Virus record (IMG/VR): IMGVR_UViG_3300037246_001677
Span: 1-64,000 of that record
Strand: one strand, 5' to 3'
DNA from: a virus
DNA: 64,000 nt
The notes under the pieces are model-generated. The model searched no databases and had not been told where the DNA came from. It saw only the letters and a list, made by a program, of their open reading frames with translations. Positions 1 through 10,355 of this stretch are shown piece after piece; within the stretch, counting starts at the first letter, position 1; each line of letters starts with the position of its first letter. The position numbers and the translations under genes are program-made.

Positions 1-9
1 CCATTTTCT

Positions 10-258
10 TCACTCTCCTTTCGGTTTAAATTTTACTCTCTTTTGTGCCAAAGCATTTGATACACCCGGCATATTTTTTAACTCTCTTAAAAACAATTTA
101 TAATCTTCTATACACTGTCTTTTATGGTATACTTCTGATTCACCTTTCTCATTTTTCAAACTTACAATATCCACACCAGATTCACAGTACATACATTTTT
201 CCTGATCTACCATAAATTCAGGTGGGAAAAATGATTTACATCCCTGACATTGTCCCAT
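10..258 (-). CDS. Small Cys-rich hypothetical protein
   Basis: 82-aa ORF with two CxxC motifs, in the leftward gene run. Confidence 0.6.
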   Translation of the reverse strand: MGQCQGCKSFFPPEFMVDQEKCMYCESGVDIVSLKNEKGESEVYHKRQCIEDYKLFLRELKNMPGVSNALAQKRVKFKPKGE

Positions 259-679
259 AATATTCTCTCCCCCTACTTTATTTATATGATGGGATCACTT
301 GTCCCCTCAATTAATTTCTTTTTAAATTCGTCCGCGTCTACTACTTCAAACATGTTCTTACCGTATATGGCATCAAGACATACCTGAAGTACATCCTCTG
401 AAATACCATCGGTTGCTGCTTCTTGTAACTGCATTTCTGCTTCCCACTGTAAAAGTTTAGTCGTCATTCCTATCTTCCTGCCTTTCATTTATAATAAACT
501 CCTTTATATAAACAGTTTCTTTATAAGAATTTAAAGCCGCTCTCCATTTTTTAAAGTATGATCTATTTTTTATTACTTCAAAATATTTATCACGTCTTTC
601 TACAGCCTTGTCGTAATCATCCCATACTTCCAAAACCCGTTTTTCGTTTTGATTCATCCAAAATATTAGATATACCTTT

Positions 680-2545
680 TCACCCATTTAGCATCTCCAT
701 TAAATCCTCATAAGAAATTATTGTTATATCATATGATCTTGCTTTTTTTGCTTTTCCTGTTTGACTATCTGGATCAGCAGTAACTAAAAAAGTAACTGAT
801 TTACTCATACTTCTAACTGTACCACCTTTTTTCTCGATCATCATTTGAAGTTCTTTTCTTCCAAATGGTCCCTTGCCTGTCATACAAAATGATGTTCCTG
901 CTAGGTTTCTAGCCACTTGTTCCCATTGTAGTCCTTTATTTCTAAGAAAATCAAACAAACCCTCACCGACCATTCTAATATTCTTGAAATAATATTTTGC
1001 AGTCACTTCTCCAATGCCATCTATTTCCATTAGTTCACTCGGTAGAAAATTCCATGCTCTTTGCATAAAATGGTCGTCGTTTTCACATTGTGGTCTGAAA
1101 TGGTCATAGACCAACTTCGAAAATGTTTTCCCCACAAAGGGAATACCCAAGGCCCGAATGAATCTATCAGGAGTAGTTTGCAAAGTCTTCTCTATTTCAT
1201 TGACAATCACTCTAGCCCGTTTCATCCCAAAACCTTCATACTTCGCTATTTCAAAATCTGTTATTGTATAACAACTTTCTATCGTATCCAATCCGAGCTT
1301 GATAAGAGTTTTTTGAGTAATGTTCTCAGCGCCCATTGTTCTTAAAAAGTGCTCAACTTGTTTGTATGACTGAGCTTGACAAATTGGATTTTTACAAACC
1401 ACATCCACACCAACTATAACCAAACCACTTTCACATGATGGGCAGTTATGAGGAAGATATGGATAATGCTCAAGTGATGAAACAGATTCAGTAATGTATG
1501 GTATTACATCTCCTGATCTTACCATGTTTACCACAGAACCTTTACCAATCTTGTTGTCTACTATGAACTGTGCATTAAATCCAGTCGCCTTTGATATAGT
1601 AACTCCTTGAATTTCAGTTGGTATAATATGAACCACCGGAACCACCCGACCAGTTCTACTAACTTTCCATTCAACCGTTCTCACCTCAACCTCAACTGGT
1701 TTCTCATTCATTTTGAAAGCAACTTTTAATTTTGGTATCAACACATTTTCTCTTTGATAGTATATGGGTGTTATGACCAACCCATCAACATCATATTCAG
1801 TTGACTCTTTAAATTCACTTAGCTTTTTAACTAAATCGTCCGCTGTGTGCATCTCTTTATTATAAAAGAAATGAAGAGGCACTCTCATTCCGTTTCTTTC
1901 AAAATTATCTCTTATCCATATATATCGTTTATTTTCATTTGTAATTGCTAAAATTTCATAATTCAAAATTTCATAGAAAAATGGAGTAATCTTATCTGAG
2001 TCCTTTTCATAATCACGATTCAAAATACCAGCCGCGCCATTTCTTCTTGTTTTAAAACCAAGTTCATCATGTACATCATCTATCAACATCGCTTCGGCTC
2101 GCATATGAATCTCGCCCCTATATGCTATTGGTTTACAGAAAATTTTAGCCTTTTCTGTAATATCTCTACCATAATATCCATCCCCACGAGTAACTGCTTT
2201 AACTACATATCCATCATTGTAGTCAACTTCAATGCTTACACCATCAAGCTTTTCGGTTGCCACAAATGAATCACTCTCTTGTTTATCCAACCACTCTTGA
2301 GCGCTTTCTTGTTTAATTTTATCAAGTGAACCAAGAATATATTGGAGTTTAACCTTTTCACCAGTTACAGCCGCACCCACCTCATTAAAATAAAGATTGC
2401 CTGGATAAAGTTCCTTAGCTTTATCCTTCAGTTCATCATAGTGCTTATCATCCACAGGTGATGTTCCATCTGTATAATAAAGCCTATCATATTCCTTTAG
2501 TTGCATTATTATATTATCTTCGCTAATGATACCCAAAAAAACCAT
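680..2545 (-). CDS. ligA: NAD-dependent DNA ligase
   Basis: N-terminal YY..D..YD Ia domain, KLDG adenylation motif, TRGDG, OB fold (SRTGR), C4 zinc finger, HhH repeats, C-terminal BRCT. Confidence 0.95.
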   Translation of the reverse strand: MVFLGIISEDNIIMQLKEYDRLYYTDGTSPVDDKHYDELKDKAKELYPGNLYFNEVGAAVTGEKVKLQYILGSLDKIKQESAQEWLDKQESDSFVATEKLDGVSIEVDYNDGYVVKAVTRGDGYYGRDITEKAKIFCKPIAYRGEIHMRAEAMLIDDVHDELGFKTRRNGAAGILNRDYEKDSDKITPFFYEILNYEILAITNENKRYIWIRDNFERNGMRVPLHFFYNKEMHTADDLVKKLSEFKESTEYDVDGLVITPIYYQRENVLIPKLKVAFKMNEKPVEVEVRTVEWKVSRTGRVVPVVHIIPTEIQGVTISKATGFNAQFIVDNKIGKGSVVNMVRSGDVIPYITESVSSLEHYPYLPHNCPSCESGLVIVGVDVVCKNPICQAQSYKQVEHFLRTMGAENITQKTLIKLGLDTIESCYTITDFEIAKYEGFGMKRARVIVNEIEKTLQTTPDRFIRALGIPFVGKTFSKLVYDHFRPQCENDDHFMQRAWNFLPSELMEIDGIGEVTAKYYFKNIRMVGEGLFDFLRNKGLQWEQVARNLAGTSFCMTGKGPFGRKELQMMIEKKGGTVRSMSKSVTFLVTADPDSQTGKAKKARSYDITIISYEDLMEMLNG

Positions 2546-2761
2546 TTATTTCTCCTCTCCATTAAAATCTTTAATTATATCATTAATAGCACCAACATTT
2601 GAAGCCTCTTCATACGAAATTCCAGTATGTTCATATAAATCAACCACTTCACCACATATACATTCCCATGTGACAAACCCACAAGTTGGTGCAAAATACA
2701 CATCATTATCTACATAACCACATTTTTTACACTTCAACTCTAAAACATATCTGGTTCCCAT
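2546..2761 (-). CDS. Zinc-ribbon hypothetical protein
   Basis: CxxC...CxCG motifs; abuts flanking genes. Confidence 0.6.
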   Translation of the reverse strand: MGTRYVLELKCKKCGYVDNDVYFAPTCGFVTWECICGEVVDLYEHTGISYEEASNVGAINDIIKDFNGEEK

Positions 2762-3523
2762 CTATTTTTCCTTTCCGTTGTCTATAATTCTTAAGTTATC
2801 TTTATCACCTTCTTCATCTTCATCCCCGTAAAGTTCTCTTTTATGATACTTGTTTTCTAACTCTTTGTAAAGCACTCTACGGATTTTTTTCAAATCACCA
2901 ACCTTAACATCATCCAGTTGGTCGTCATCCATCAATCTGTTTATAGTATTGTTAATGACCAATTTCTTATCTTCTGATGTTTCAAGTTTTCCATTTGAAG
3001 CCAATGATCTTGCTGTTGCCTCGATAGAATCACAAATCATCAAAACAGCCGACTCAATTGTTTGAGGTTTCTTACACTTATAACGATAAAGGTCATTAAC
3101 ATCGGTCTTTGACTTCTTATAGAAGAAAGCCAAAATAGTATCACCATGATGTTGAGTTATCATTTCGATTAACTCTCTTGGAAATTCGGGCTCGTTAAGA
3201 AGTATGACAGCTGTATCACCAATATGTCGAGTAATGATCTGATAACTTATCAATGGGTCAAGATCGTTGTGCATGTTCGTGCCGTTTTGATTTTCTGAAA
3301 AGGCTTCTGGGCAATTCATTTTCCCAATGTCATGGTACTTTCCTATAACACTCATTATATCAGTATCCAATTTCAACTCAATAGCAACCGCTTCACACAA
3401 ATCCGCAACATTATCCGAATGAGCAAAAGTACCAGGAGCCACCTTTCTAAAAGTCTCAAGCAATGGATGTGAAGCATCCAAAAATGGCTTCAAATCAAAA
3501 ACCCCTTTAGTCTTTTCTTCCAT
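2762..3523 (-). CDS. Stand-alone HD (HDIG) phosphohydrolase resembling the cytosolic domain of 7TM-HD/PgpH proteins
   Basis: APGTFAHS, YHDIGK, F.ENQ, QHHG.T, KPQTIESAVLMICDSIEA motifs; no TM segments. Confidence 0.8.
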   Translation of the reverse strand: MEEKTKGVFDLKPFLDASHPLLETFRKVAPGTFAHSDNVADLCEAVAIELKLDTDIMSVIGKYHDIGKMNCPEAFSENQNGTNMHNDLDPLISYQIITRHIGDTAVILLNEPEFPRELIEMITQHHGDTILAFFYKKSKTDVNDLYRYKCKKPQTIESAVLMICDSIEATARSLASNGKLETSEDKKLVINNTINRLMDDDQLDDVKVGDLKKIRRVLYKELENKYHKRELYGDEDEEGDKDNLRIIDNGKEK

Positions 3524-3611
3524 GGTTCTCTCCTTTTATGGTACAAATTATTAGTACAATAATATCATATCACATTCAAATTGTAAATTGTTTTTCTTAA
3601 ATTCAGGTAGG

Positions 3612-4187
3612 TTATGTTGATATTAGAATAGAGTGTAAACTCTTATGGATCCCCCAAATGCCAAGGCGCCTTATTTCATTCCAATCATCAACAACGGGTA
3701 GGTAGTCAAACTGAAGTGGGTCGACAAGTTTTTTTTCTCTCCCCAAAAAATACTTAAATGTGTCTAGCATCATAAAAGTCATCCACTTCAAAGTTTCTGT
3801 CTCCTCCGCTAAATCATATATAAATTCATTCTGCCGTTTTATTGTTTCTTCAATGCTCAAATTGGCATATGTAGCCATTTTTTTAACATCTGCCATACTA
3901 GTCAATTTAAATGGTTCAAAAAACAAAAACGGTTTACTCATAATAAGTTCCCGTTTTATCTCTATTCTATTGCCTTCTTTATCCACAACATCCCCTTTTA
4001 TCATTTTAGACAGGGATGTATTAAGCTTAAATTTCTTTGCTTGAAAATCGGCTTTAACAACTTCTTTTATTCTATTTTCACCATCACCCCAAACAAAAGA
4101 TGATCTTCTTCTATCTAATTTATATCCATACTCTTCGGCAATTATATTTTCAAATTTATCACCACTTTTAACTCTTTTTTGAATCAC
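3612..4187 (-). CDS. Hypothetical protein, possibly PD-(D/E)xK nuclease-like
   Basis: 191-aa ORF; GD-x7-IEIK-like motif only. Confidence 0.4.
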   Translation of the reverse strand: MIQKRVKSGDKFENIIAEEYGYKLDRRRSSFVWGDGENRIKEVVKADFQAKKFKLNTSLSKMIKGDVVDKEGNRIEIKRELIMSKPFLFFEPFKLTSMADVKKMATYANLSIEETIKRQNEFIYDLAEETETLKWMTFMMLDTFKYFLGREKKLVDPLQFDYLPVVDDWNEIRRLGIWGIHKSLHSILIST

Positions 4188-4201
4188 AATTTCTCCTTTC
4201 T

Positions 4202-4273
4202 TGGTAGCGAAATGGGGAATCGAACCCCACCATCAAGGATATGAGCCCTGAGTCAACACCGTGTTGCATCGCC
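4202..4273 (-). tRNA. tRNA-Met/Ile2-like (CAT), weak acceptor stem
   Basis: Reverse complement has CAGGG-CTCATAT-CCTTG arm, GGGGTTCGATTCCCC T-arm, 3' CCA. Confidence 0.7.
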
Positions 4274-4494
4274 TTATAGTTGATTTCTTATAATATTTAT
4301 AACTGTTTTTAATACACTATCTCTATATTCACTTGACTCAAATACAGCAGTATGTTCTCCATGTGTGCCATAGTCAAAACATATACATGGGTTTGTTGAA
4401 TAAGTAAATGGATTGAAACTAATCAATCTATCTGAAATAACAAAATATTTACCATTTTCATCATAAACACAATTCATAACATTTTATCCTTTCG

Positions 4495-4571
4495 TGGAGG
4501 CCGCCAAGGGAGTCGAACCCTTTATGACAGTTGGGTTGCAACCAACTCGCTTACCACTTGCATACACGGCC
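4495..4571 (-). tRNA. tRNA-Cys(GCA)
   Basis: GTTGG-TTGCAAC-CCAAC arm, T-arm, U73 + CCA. Confidence 0.9.
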
Positions 4572-4720
4572 TTATATTTCTTCTACTTTTAATGCTCGAA
4601 TACTAAAAGGTGCATTATCAGCATATTCCAGCATGTTTTCTTGTATCATATCACGAATTTCATCTTTTGTAAACTCTTCATCTTTATCTTTAATAAAGAT
4701 CATAGCCACATATTCTTTAC

Positions 4721-4921
4721 TCATTTTAACTCCTTTCCGGTTACTTTTTTGATTAATTCTTTAAATTTATTCCAATCACCTTTTTTGATTAGTTTCTCCA
4801 TTTCGGAAATTTCAGATTTTGAAGCAACTTGATAAAAACTCACAATCTCCTCAAAACCAATGTTTCCCGGATATGCAGCCTCGCTCAAACCAGGCATTAA
4901 TATGTATTTTTTTAATCTCAT
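4721..4921 (-). CDS. Small hypothetical protein with MRLKKYIL N-terminus
   Basis: N-terminus resembles those of the 54.5-62 kb late block. Confidence 0.55.
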   Translation of the reverse strand: MRLKKYILMPGLSEAAYPGNIGFEEIVSFYQVASKSEISEMEKLIKKGDWNKFKELIKKVTGKELK

Positions 4922-5252
4922 TATACTACTTTATGTGGCCCTTTCGGATAATGTGGCCCTTTCAAATTTCCAGATTTTCTGCCTTGTGTTGGTTTCATTG
5001 TTATTTTTACCTTTTTATCTATTCTTATCATTTAAAGTTCCTCCTCCATCACAAAAAATCCTGTATGTTGTCTTAATTCCATCAACATCATTCTTTCTGT
5101 AAATTCATCTATTGTTTCAAAATTTATTATCTTTACTTTACTACCTCTGCAGTTGGGACAGTAGGCGAATCCACCTAACCAATCCCAACCACAATCTCTG
5201 CATTCAAAACTAAGCACGTATGACATAAATCCTCCACAGAGGTATTTATGCT

Positions 5253-6428
5253 TTACTTGGACTTTAAGTTCAATACCGGAATCAATCTATCAACAATAGT
5301 TGCTGTTGGTCCAAGATATTTCTCTATTAAAGCAGGGTCCTTATAGGCTTCCTTTACTTCATCCACAGGAACATAAGAAGTAAAGATTCCCTTTTTCTTC
5401 ATTCTTTCTTGAGCAACTTCAGAAGAAAATTTGCTCTTAGCCCAAGTCCTGGAACCTAATCTACCAGCACCATGAGGAGCAGAGTAATTCCATTCAGGAT
5501 TTGACTTACCCTCACAGATAGTTATACCATCTTCCATGTTCCAAGGTATAATCATCTTTTGACCCTCGTAGGAGGTAATTGCACCTTTTCTAATTATAAA
5601 ATCATTAAAGTCAATGTAGTTATGTACGGAAACTATTGTTTCACTCACTTCTAAATTAAGTGCCTCCACAACTACGTCACACATGACCTTACGATTTTCA
5701 TTTGCATATTTTTGAGCAATTACCATATCTACGAGGTAATCAAAAGCCTCGCGACCTTCAAGATATGCTAATTCACCTCTGCCAGCTTTTCTTTGGTGAT
5801 ACAATGCAACCTTCAAACCAAATTGTCTGGAACCAGAGTGAAAAGTAATCCAATAATCACCTGTTTCTTCTGACTTACCTATTTCTATGAAGTGGTTACC
5901 ACCACCCAATGTACCAATAGACTTACAGAATCTATCATAGTCCATTCCAATTTCATAACATAAATCCATGAAGTCATATTCTGGTAAACCATACACAACA
6001 CCAAACTTACGGTTATATGCCATTGTGAACAAACGTAACTCTTCTTTTAATTCCTTATGGAATCTATCATCATTCTCTACTGAGAAAAATGTATTAGAAT
6101 GAACAGAATATCCAAAAGGAATAAGTTTTCTTATTTTTTCATCAATCTCTTTTTTTGTATGTGTTTCAAAAACTCTTTTACCAACATTGACTGAAAGCAT
6201 ACCACAGCCAATATCTACACCTACAACATTTGGTATGACTTTTTCTGTCATTGGCATTGTAAAACCAATGACTGTACCAGCGCCTTTATGGCAATCTGGC
6301 ATTATTGCTATATAGTTAGTGAAAGCTTCGTGATTCAAGAAACCATAAATTTGGGTTACCGTTGCTGGGTCCATTTCATCAATCATCGAAGTAGCTTCAC
6401 CATATTTTCCTTTATACAATATAGGCAC
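5253..6428 (-). CDS. rtcB: RtcB family RNA ligase
   Basis: MPDCHKG, VGVDIGCGM, GTLGGGNHFIE, HSGSR, HNY, RKGA, SAPHGAGR, DE..AYK motifs. Confidence 0.95.
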   Translation of the reverse strand: MPILYKGKYGEATSMIDEMDPATVTQIYGFLNHEAFTNYIAIMPDCHKGAGTVIGFTMPMTEKVIPNVVGVDIGCGMLSVNVGKRVFETHTKKEIDEKIRKLIPFGYSVHSNTFFSVENDDRFHKELKEELRLFTMAYNRKFGVVYGLPEYDFMDLCYEIGMDYDRFCKSIGTLGGGNHFIEIGKSEETGDYWITFHSGSRQFGLKVALYHQRKAGRGELAYLEGREAFDYLVDMVIAQKYANENRKVMCDVVVEALNLEVSETIVSVHNYIDFNDFIIRKGAITSYEGQKMIIPWNMEDGITICEGKSNPEWNYSAPHGAGRLGSRTWAKSKFSSEVAQERMKKKGIFTSYVPVDEVKEAYKDPALIEKYLGPTATIVDRLIPVLNLKSK

Positions 6429-6647
6429 TTAAATCACCATCCTTTCAATTTTTATTTTAACAATGATGGCACCAACAATCAAATTCATCTGATTTAAACC
6501 ATCCAAGTGTTTCTAAATCTGTTTTATCTACATCATTGAACTCTGTATTAAGATTTGGTCCATATATAATATCATGGTCTGCTTCAAAAAAATCATCTAA
6601 ATCATTTCTTTTAAATATCATACATGAAATTAACATTTGACTATATT

Positions 6648-7382
6648 TCATTTTGAACCCCTCTCAATTATAGCTTTGTCTTCTAAATGCATCGCTTTCT
6701 CCCACTCTAAATCCCTACAATATCTACAATAACCTATATCCTCAATGGATTCATTATGCGCATCTAAATCATCACATGAATCATCTTCCCATTTTTCTCC
6801 GGTTAAAGTATCCTTTTCGAAATCCAAGTCAACTTCACTGGTTTGATGTTCAACGGCATCATAAATACCTTCTTTATCACATTCTGCCAAATACTCATCT
6901 AATCTATTCCAAGCCGCTTCATCCTCTTCTTTCTTTCTATCTTCGAGGAAAGAATTTCTTAGATTTTCAAGATAAGTTTCTTTATTTTCAGCATCTTTCT
7001 TTTTTTGATTTTCTTTTATCTCCAGTTCAATATCATCAATGACTTCAACTCCTTCATTGAACTCATCTCCTAATTCAACGAGAGTCATAACACGGCCTGC
7101 CATCACACACTCTTCTTCAAAACATTCAAGTGAGTTAGTAATTTCTATAACCATTTCATTTATAAGTTCTACGTGTTTTTCTTTGTCAAAGTCCATATTC
7201 AACATAGAACCAGAAAAAGCCATGATGCTAGAAAGCACTTGCTTTCTGACAGTTTTCAACTCTTCTTCAATTTCCTCATAGGACCTTGGAATTGAACCAA
7301 AATGTTCGAAAGTGTAAAGATGTTTTCTTCCAATGTCTGCTATAATTTTTCCTTTATATGTTACCAATAAATCAACACCCAT
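6648..7382 (-). CDS. Acidic hypothetical protein
   Basis: 244-aa ORF with GGAG RBS in leftward run. Confidence 0.65.
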   Translation of the reverse strand: MGVDLLVTYKGKIIADIGRKHLYTFEHFGSIPRSYEEIEEELKTVRKQVLSSIMAFSGSMLNMDFDKEKHVELINEMVIEITNSLECFEEECVMAGRVMTLVELGDEFNEGVEVIDDIELEIKENQKKKDAENKETYLENLRNSFLEDRKKEEDEAAWNRLDEYLAECDKEGIYDAVEHQTSEVDLDFEKDTLTGEKWEDDSCDDLDAHNESIEDIGYCRYCRDLEWEKAMHLEDKAIIERGSK

Positions 7383-7396
7383 TATATTAATTCTCC

Positions 7397-7777
7397 TTAA
7401 AATTCAAGTTTTTCAATTTCTATTCTTTCTAGTATAACATATTTATTCGTGTTTGTATCCATTATGTGATGATATGCCAGGCATCGTTCATAGTAGTGTT
7501 CTATTTCATCACCCATAACTTCTTTAAAAGGTTTACTTAAAACATATAACTCAACATCACGGATCATATGAATTTTCGCAGCTTTTTCCCCCAGAGGACC
7601 GAAAAGTTCCTTGCACTTAGCAACACCTTTTCTGTTATGGCGAAATTTACGATGATATTCAAAGTGTATATGAGGTGGATATTTTTTGATATAAAAATCC
7701 AAGTAGGCATGCACCTTCTCGAACGGCGCCCCAATTAATCTCATACAATCTTCAATATGCGTTTTACGCCTCGCCAT
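7397..7777 (-). CDS. His-rich hypothetical protein (possible metal-binding, HD-like)
   Basis: H...HAYLD...HRKFRHN...HMIRD. Confidence 0.55.
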   Translation of the reverse strand: MARRKTHIEDCMRLIGAPFEKVHAYLDFYIKKYPPHIHFEYHRKFRHNRKGVAKCKELFGPLGEKAAKIHMIRDVELYVLSKPFKEVMGDEIEHYYERCLAYHHIMDTNTNKYVILERIEIEKLEF

Positions 7778-7893
7778 TTTCTTTTTTGTCCTCCGTTTCT
7801 TCTTCTATTTTACCAAATTTAATAACTAACCAACTTACAAATAAAATTGCGCCTTGAACAAGCGCCCAATTTCTCCACAACTCCCATGGTAAA

Positions 7894-8307
7894 TCAAACA
7901 TTTGTAAACTCTGATACATGAATAAACTCCGATACATGAATAAAGTCCGCATCAATCAAATCGAATGCTGGTTTATATTTTAAACTATCATCTATAAGAT
8001 AGTCAATTCCAAAAGTCCTACACATTCTGGCTTTTGAATCCCACCAGGTTTCTTCATCACACCAAGGCGTTCCCTTTTCATCATAAGTAAATTGAATACC
8101 ATTCAATGTTAAATAATCAACAACGGAATGCACAAGCATATTATTTGGATTTATTCCAATTTCACATAGCCCATCATATATTTCCTTTTTTGTCGGACCA
8201 GAAACAACACAAACCTGGTGGCCAATCAACCTAAGCATTTCAATCATTGGCTTAAATTTCTCTGGATATGTATCCAAAACACCATGTAAGTCAAATCCTA
8301 TTTTCAT
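7894..8307 (-). CDS. HAD-superfamily phosphatase-like protein
   Basis: IGFDLHGVL motif I variant, VSG, K, LIDD motif IV. Confidence 0.7.
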   Translation of the reverse strand: MKIGFDLHGVLDTYPEKFKPMIEMLRLIGHQVCVVSGPTKKEIYDGLCEIGINPNNMLVHSVVDYLTLNGIQFTYDEKGTPWCDEETWWDSKARMCRTFGIDYLIDDSLKYKPAFDLIDADFIHVSEFIHVSEFTNV

Positions 8308-8339
8308 ATCGTTTCCTTTCTAAAATGCCGCTTTTTAAG

Positions 8340-8873
8340 TTATATTAGGTTAACTCCATACAGGGTCTCCATTCTCTTCAATGCCATTTCGTGCATTTCA
8401 GGATCAAAATCTGCAACCATGTCTTTGTAAACATTGATTTTGTAGTCTCTATTCGCCAGACCACCGACTGTATCCATAACACAGATTGAAGTACAAATAC
8501 CAACCACTTCAACTGTATCAGGATTACCATCCCAAATTAGAGAATCGTCGAGTTCAGTGTCATAGAAACCACTGTAGCGAGTTTTTTCAATCATTTCGTG
8601 ATTATCATAATCTACCACAAGTTCCGCTAACTCGTCGATAATCATTGCGCCTTCTGTACCAGCCACACAATGTTTCGGGAATCTTTTAAATTCCAGATCA
8701 TCCTCGTCATGTGCATCAGCCAAGAAAAGTATCACATCTTTATTTTCCTTGTACTTCTTAACCAATTCAACGACTCCTGGAATTATTGCCTCCGCTGTTG
8801 GTCCACAATAAAGTTTACCATCGGGTTTTAAAAAGTCATTCAGCATGTCTACTACGATTAATGTTTTACTCAT
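8340..8873 (-). CDS. pncA: Nicotinamidase / isochorismatase-family cysteine hydrolase
   Basis: VVDMLNDF, DAH, HC..GT.GA, KTRYSGF, TSICV; in the same run as pncB. Confidence 0.85.
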   Translation of the reverse strand: MSKTLIVVDMLNDFLKPDGKLYCGPTAEAIIPGVVELVKKYKENKDVILFLADAHDEDDLEFKRFPKHCVAGTEGAMIIDELAELVVDYDNHEMIEKTRYSGFYDTELDDSLIWDGNPDTVEVVGICTSICVMDTVGGLANRDYKINVYKDMVADFDPEMHEMALKRMETLYGVNLI

Positions 8874-9047
8874 TAGGTACCTCCTCTGTAAGATTTATTA
8901 TTTCGTCTTCCTCTTCTTCCTGTTCTTCTTCTTGTTCTTGTTCTTCAACTTCATATCTCTCAATGTATTTGTCCCATTGAGTCATAAAAATTTCTCTATA
9001 CTTTACTTGAAGTTCCACAAATTCTGTTTTTGTCATGTTCGTAGCTC

Positions 9048-10202
9048 CTATACATTAAATGTTTTCTTTAAGTATGCCAGATAGGAACTATCCATGCACA
9101 TTCCTTTACCAGGTGAATCCGAAATCTTTGCTACCGGTTTTTTATTACATTCTATCATTTTTATCACAATTTGTAAAGGTGTGAAACCGCAATTGTTAGT
9201 TAGGAATGTGCCGATACCAAAAGATATATTAATTCTACCTTCAAAATGGTTTTGAATCTCATTCGCCTTTTCAAATGTCAAACCATCTGAAAATACAGCT
9301 GTTCTCGAAGTTGGGTCAATTTCAAGACTTATATAGTGATTTATCAGTTTTTCACCCCAATCCAAGGGATCACCTGAGTCATGTCGACAACCATCAAAGA
9401 GTTTTGCAAAGTATTTATCAAAATCATTTAGGAAGGCATCGAACCCGACCACATCAGACAGAGCGATACCAAGATCGCCTCTATACTCTTTTGCCCAAAC
9501 CTCAAGTGCTACTTTTTGTGAGTCAACCACTCTTGTTAAGGCTTGATGTGCTTGTAACCATTCATGTGCCATGGTCCCAATATATTTTATATTGAATTTC
9601 TTTGCCATTTCAACATTAGAAGTACCTATCAAATTATCAGGCACTAATTTAAGCAACCTTTGAATTACCAACTCTTGATAATCCTTACAAAATCGTCTTC
9701 GTGTCCCAAAATCAGCAAATTTGTAATTTACAAACGCCAATTCTTTTTCGATATTTTTCAGACCATCCACCATTGCCATGCCCATACCACTAACTCTCAT
9801 TTCAGCAAAGGTTTCTGAAATAATTGATAGTAAAGGAACCTCAAAAAGTATTGTCTGAATCCATGGTCCCTCTATCTCTAATTCAAGACCATGTTTAGTA
9901 TTCTTAATGCTGATATAACGTCTCTTGAATGTAAAATCCTCAAGGAAGTCAATATAGTCTGGTGTCAGAAAAGGAATGTTATATAGATAATGTAGCTCAT
10001 TCGACTGAAAACGAGTTTTACAAAAATCGCCTATTTTAGATATTACTTTTGCATTCATCGCACCAATATCAACATTCGACAATTCCTTTGGATTCCTACA
10101 TTGGTACTTAAACTTTACCCAGGCATCTGGGTAATTATGTAACACAGCCTGTTGCATAGTGAATTTGTATAAATCATTATCTATCGCTGAATAACTTTTC
10201 AT
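9048..10202 (-). CDS. pncB: Nicotinate phosphoribosyltransferase
   Basis: DNDLYKFTMQQAV, DFGTRRR, GTSNV, GTMAHEW, RHDSGDP, FSDGL, FGIGT, KISDSPGK. Confidence 0.93.
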   Translation of the reverse strand: MKSYSAIDNDLYKFTMQQAVLHNYPDAWVKFKYQCRNPKELSNVDIGAMNAKVISKIGDFCKTRFQSNELHYLYNIPFLTPDYIDFLEDFTFKRRYISIKNTKHGLELEIEGPWIQTILFEVPLLSIISETFAEMRVSGMGMAMVDGLKNIEKELAFVNYKFADFGTRRRFCKDYQELVIQRLLKLVPDNLIGTSNVEMAKKFNIKYIGTMAHEWLQAHQALTRVVDSQKVALEVWAKEYRGDLGIALSDVVGFDAFLNDFDKYFAKLFDGCRHDSGDPLDWGEKLINHYISLEIDPTSRTAVFSDGLTFEKANEIQNHFEGRINISFGIGTFLTNNCGFTPLQIVIKMIECNKKPVAKISDSPGKGMCMDSSYLAYLKKTFNV

Positions 10203-10355
10203 TCCTATCTCCTTTCTTAGTCAAATTACATCTTTCTGTGTAACAATCATCATTTCCCAAATTACAATCAAAGCATTCATTGGGATATGGACACACACAT
10301 ATAATATGCTCTTTAATAAAATTATTTAACCAATTTTTCATTTGTTCTCCTTTCC

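Noticed and set aside
7912-7947. 18-bp tandem duplication (FIHVSE twice); similar short repeats at 4934-4963 and 11082-11118
   Set aside because: Isolated slippage-type repeats with no wider pattern.
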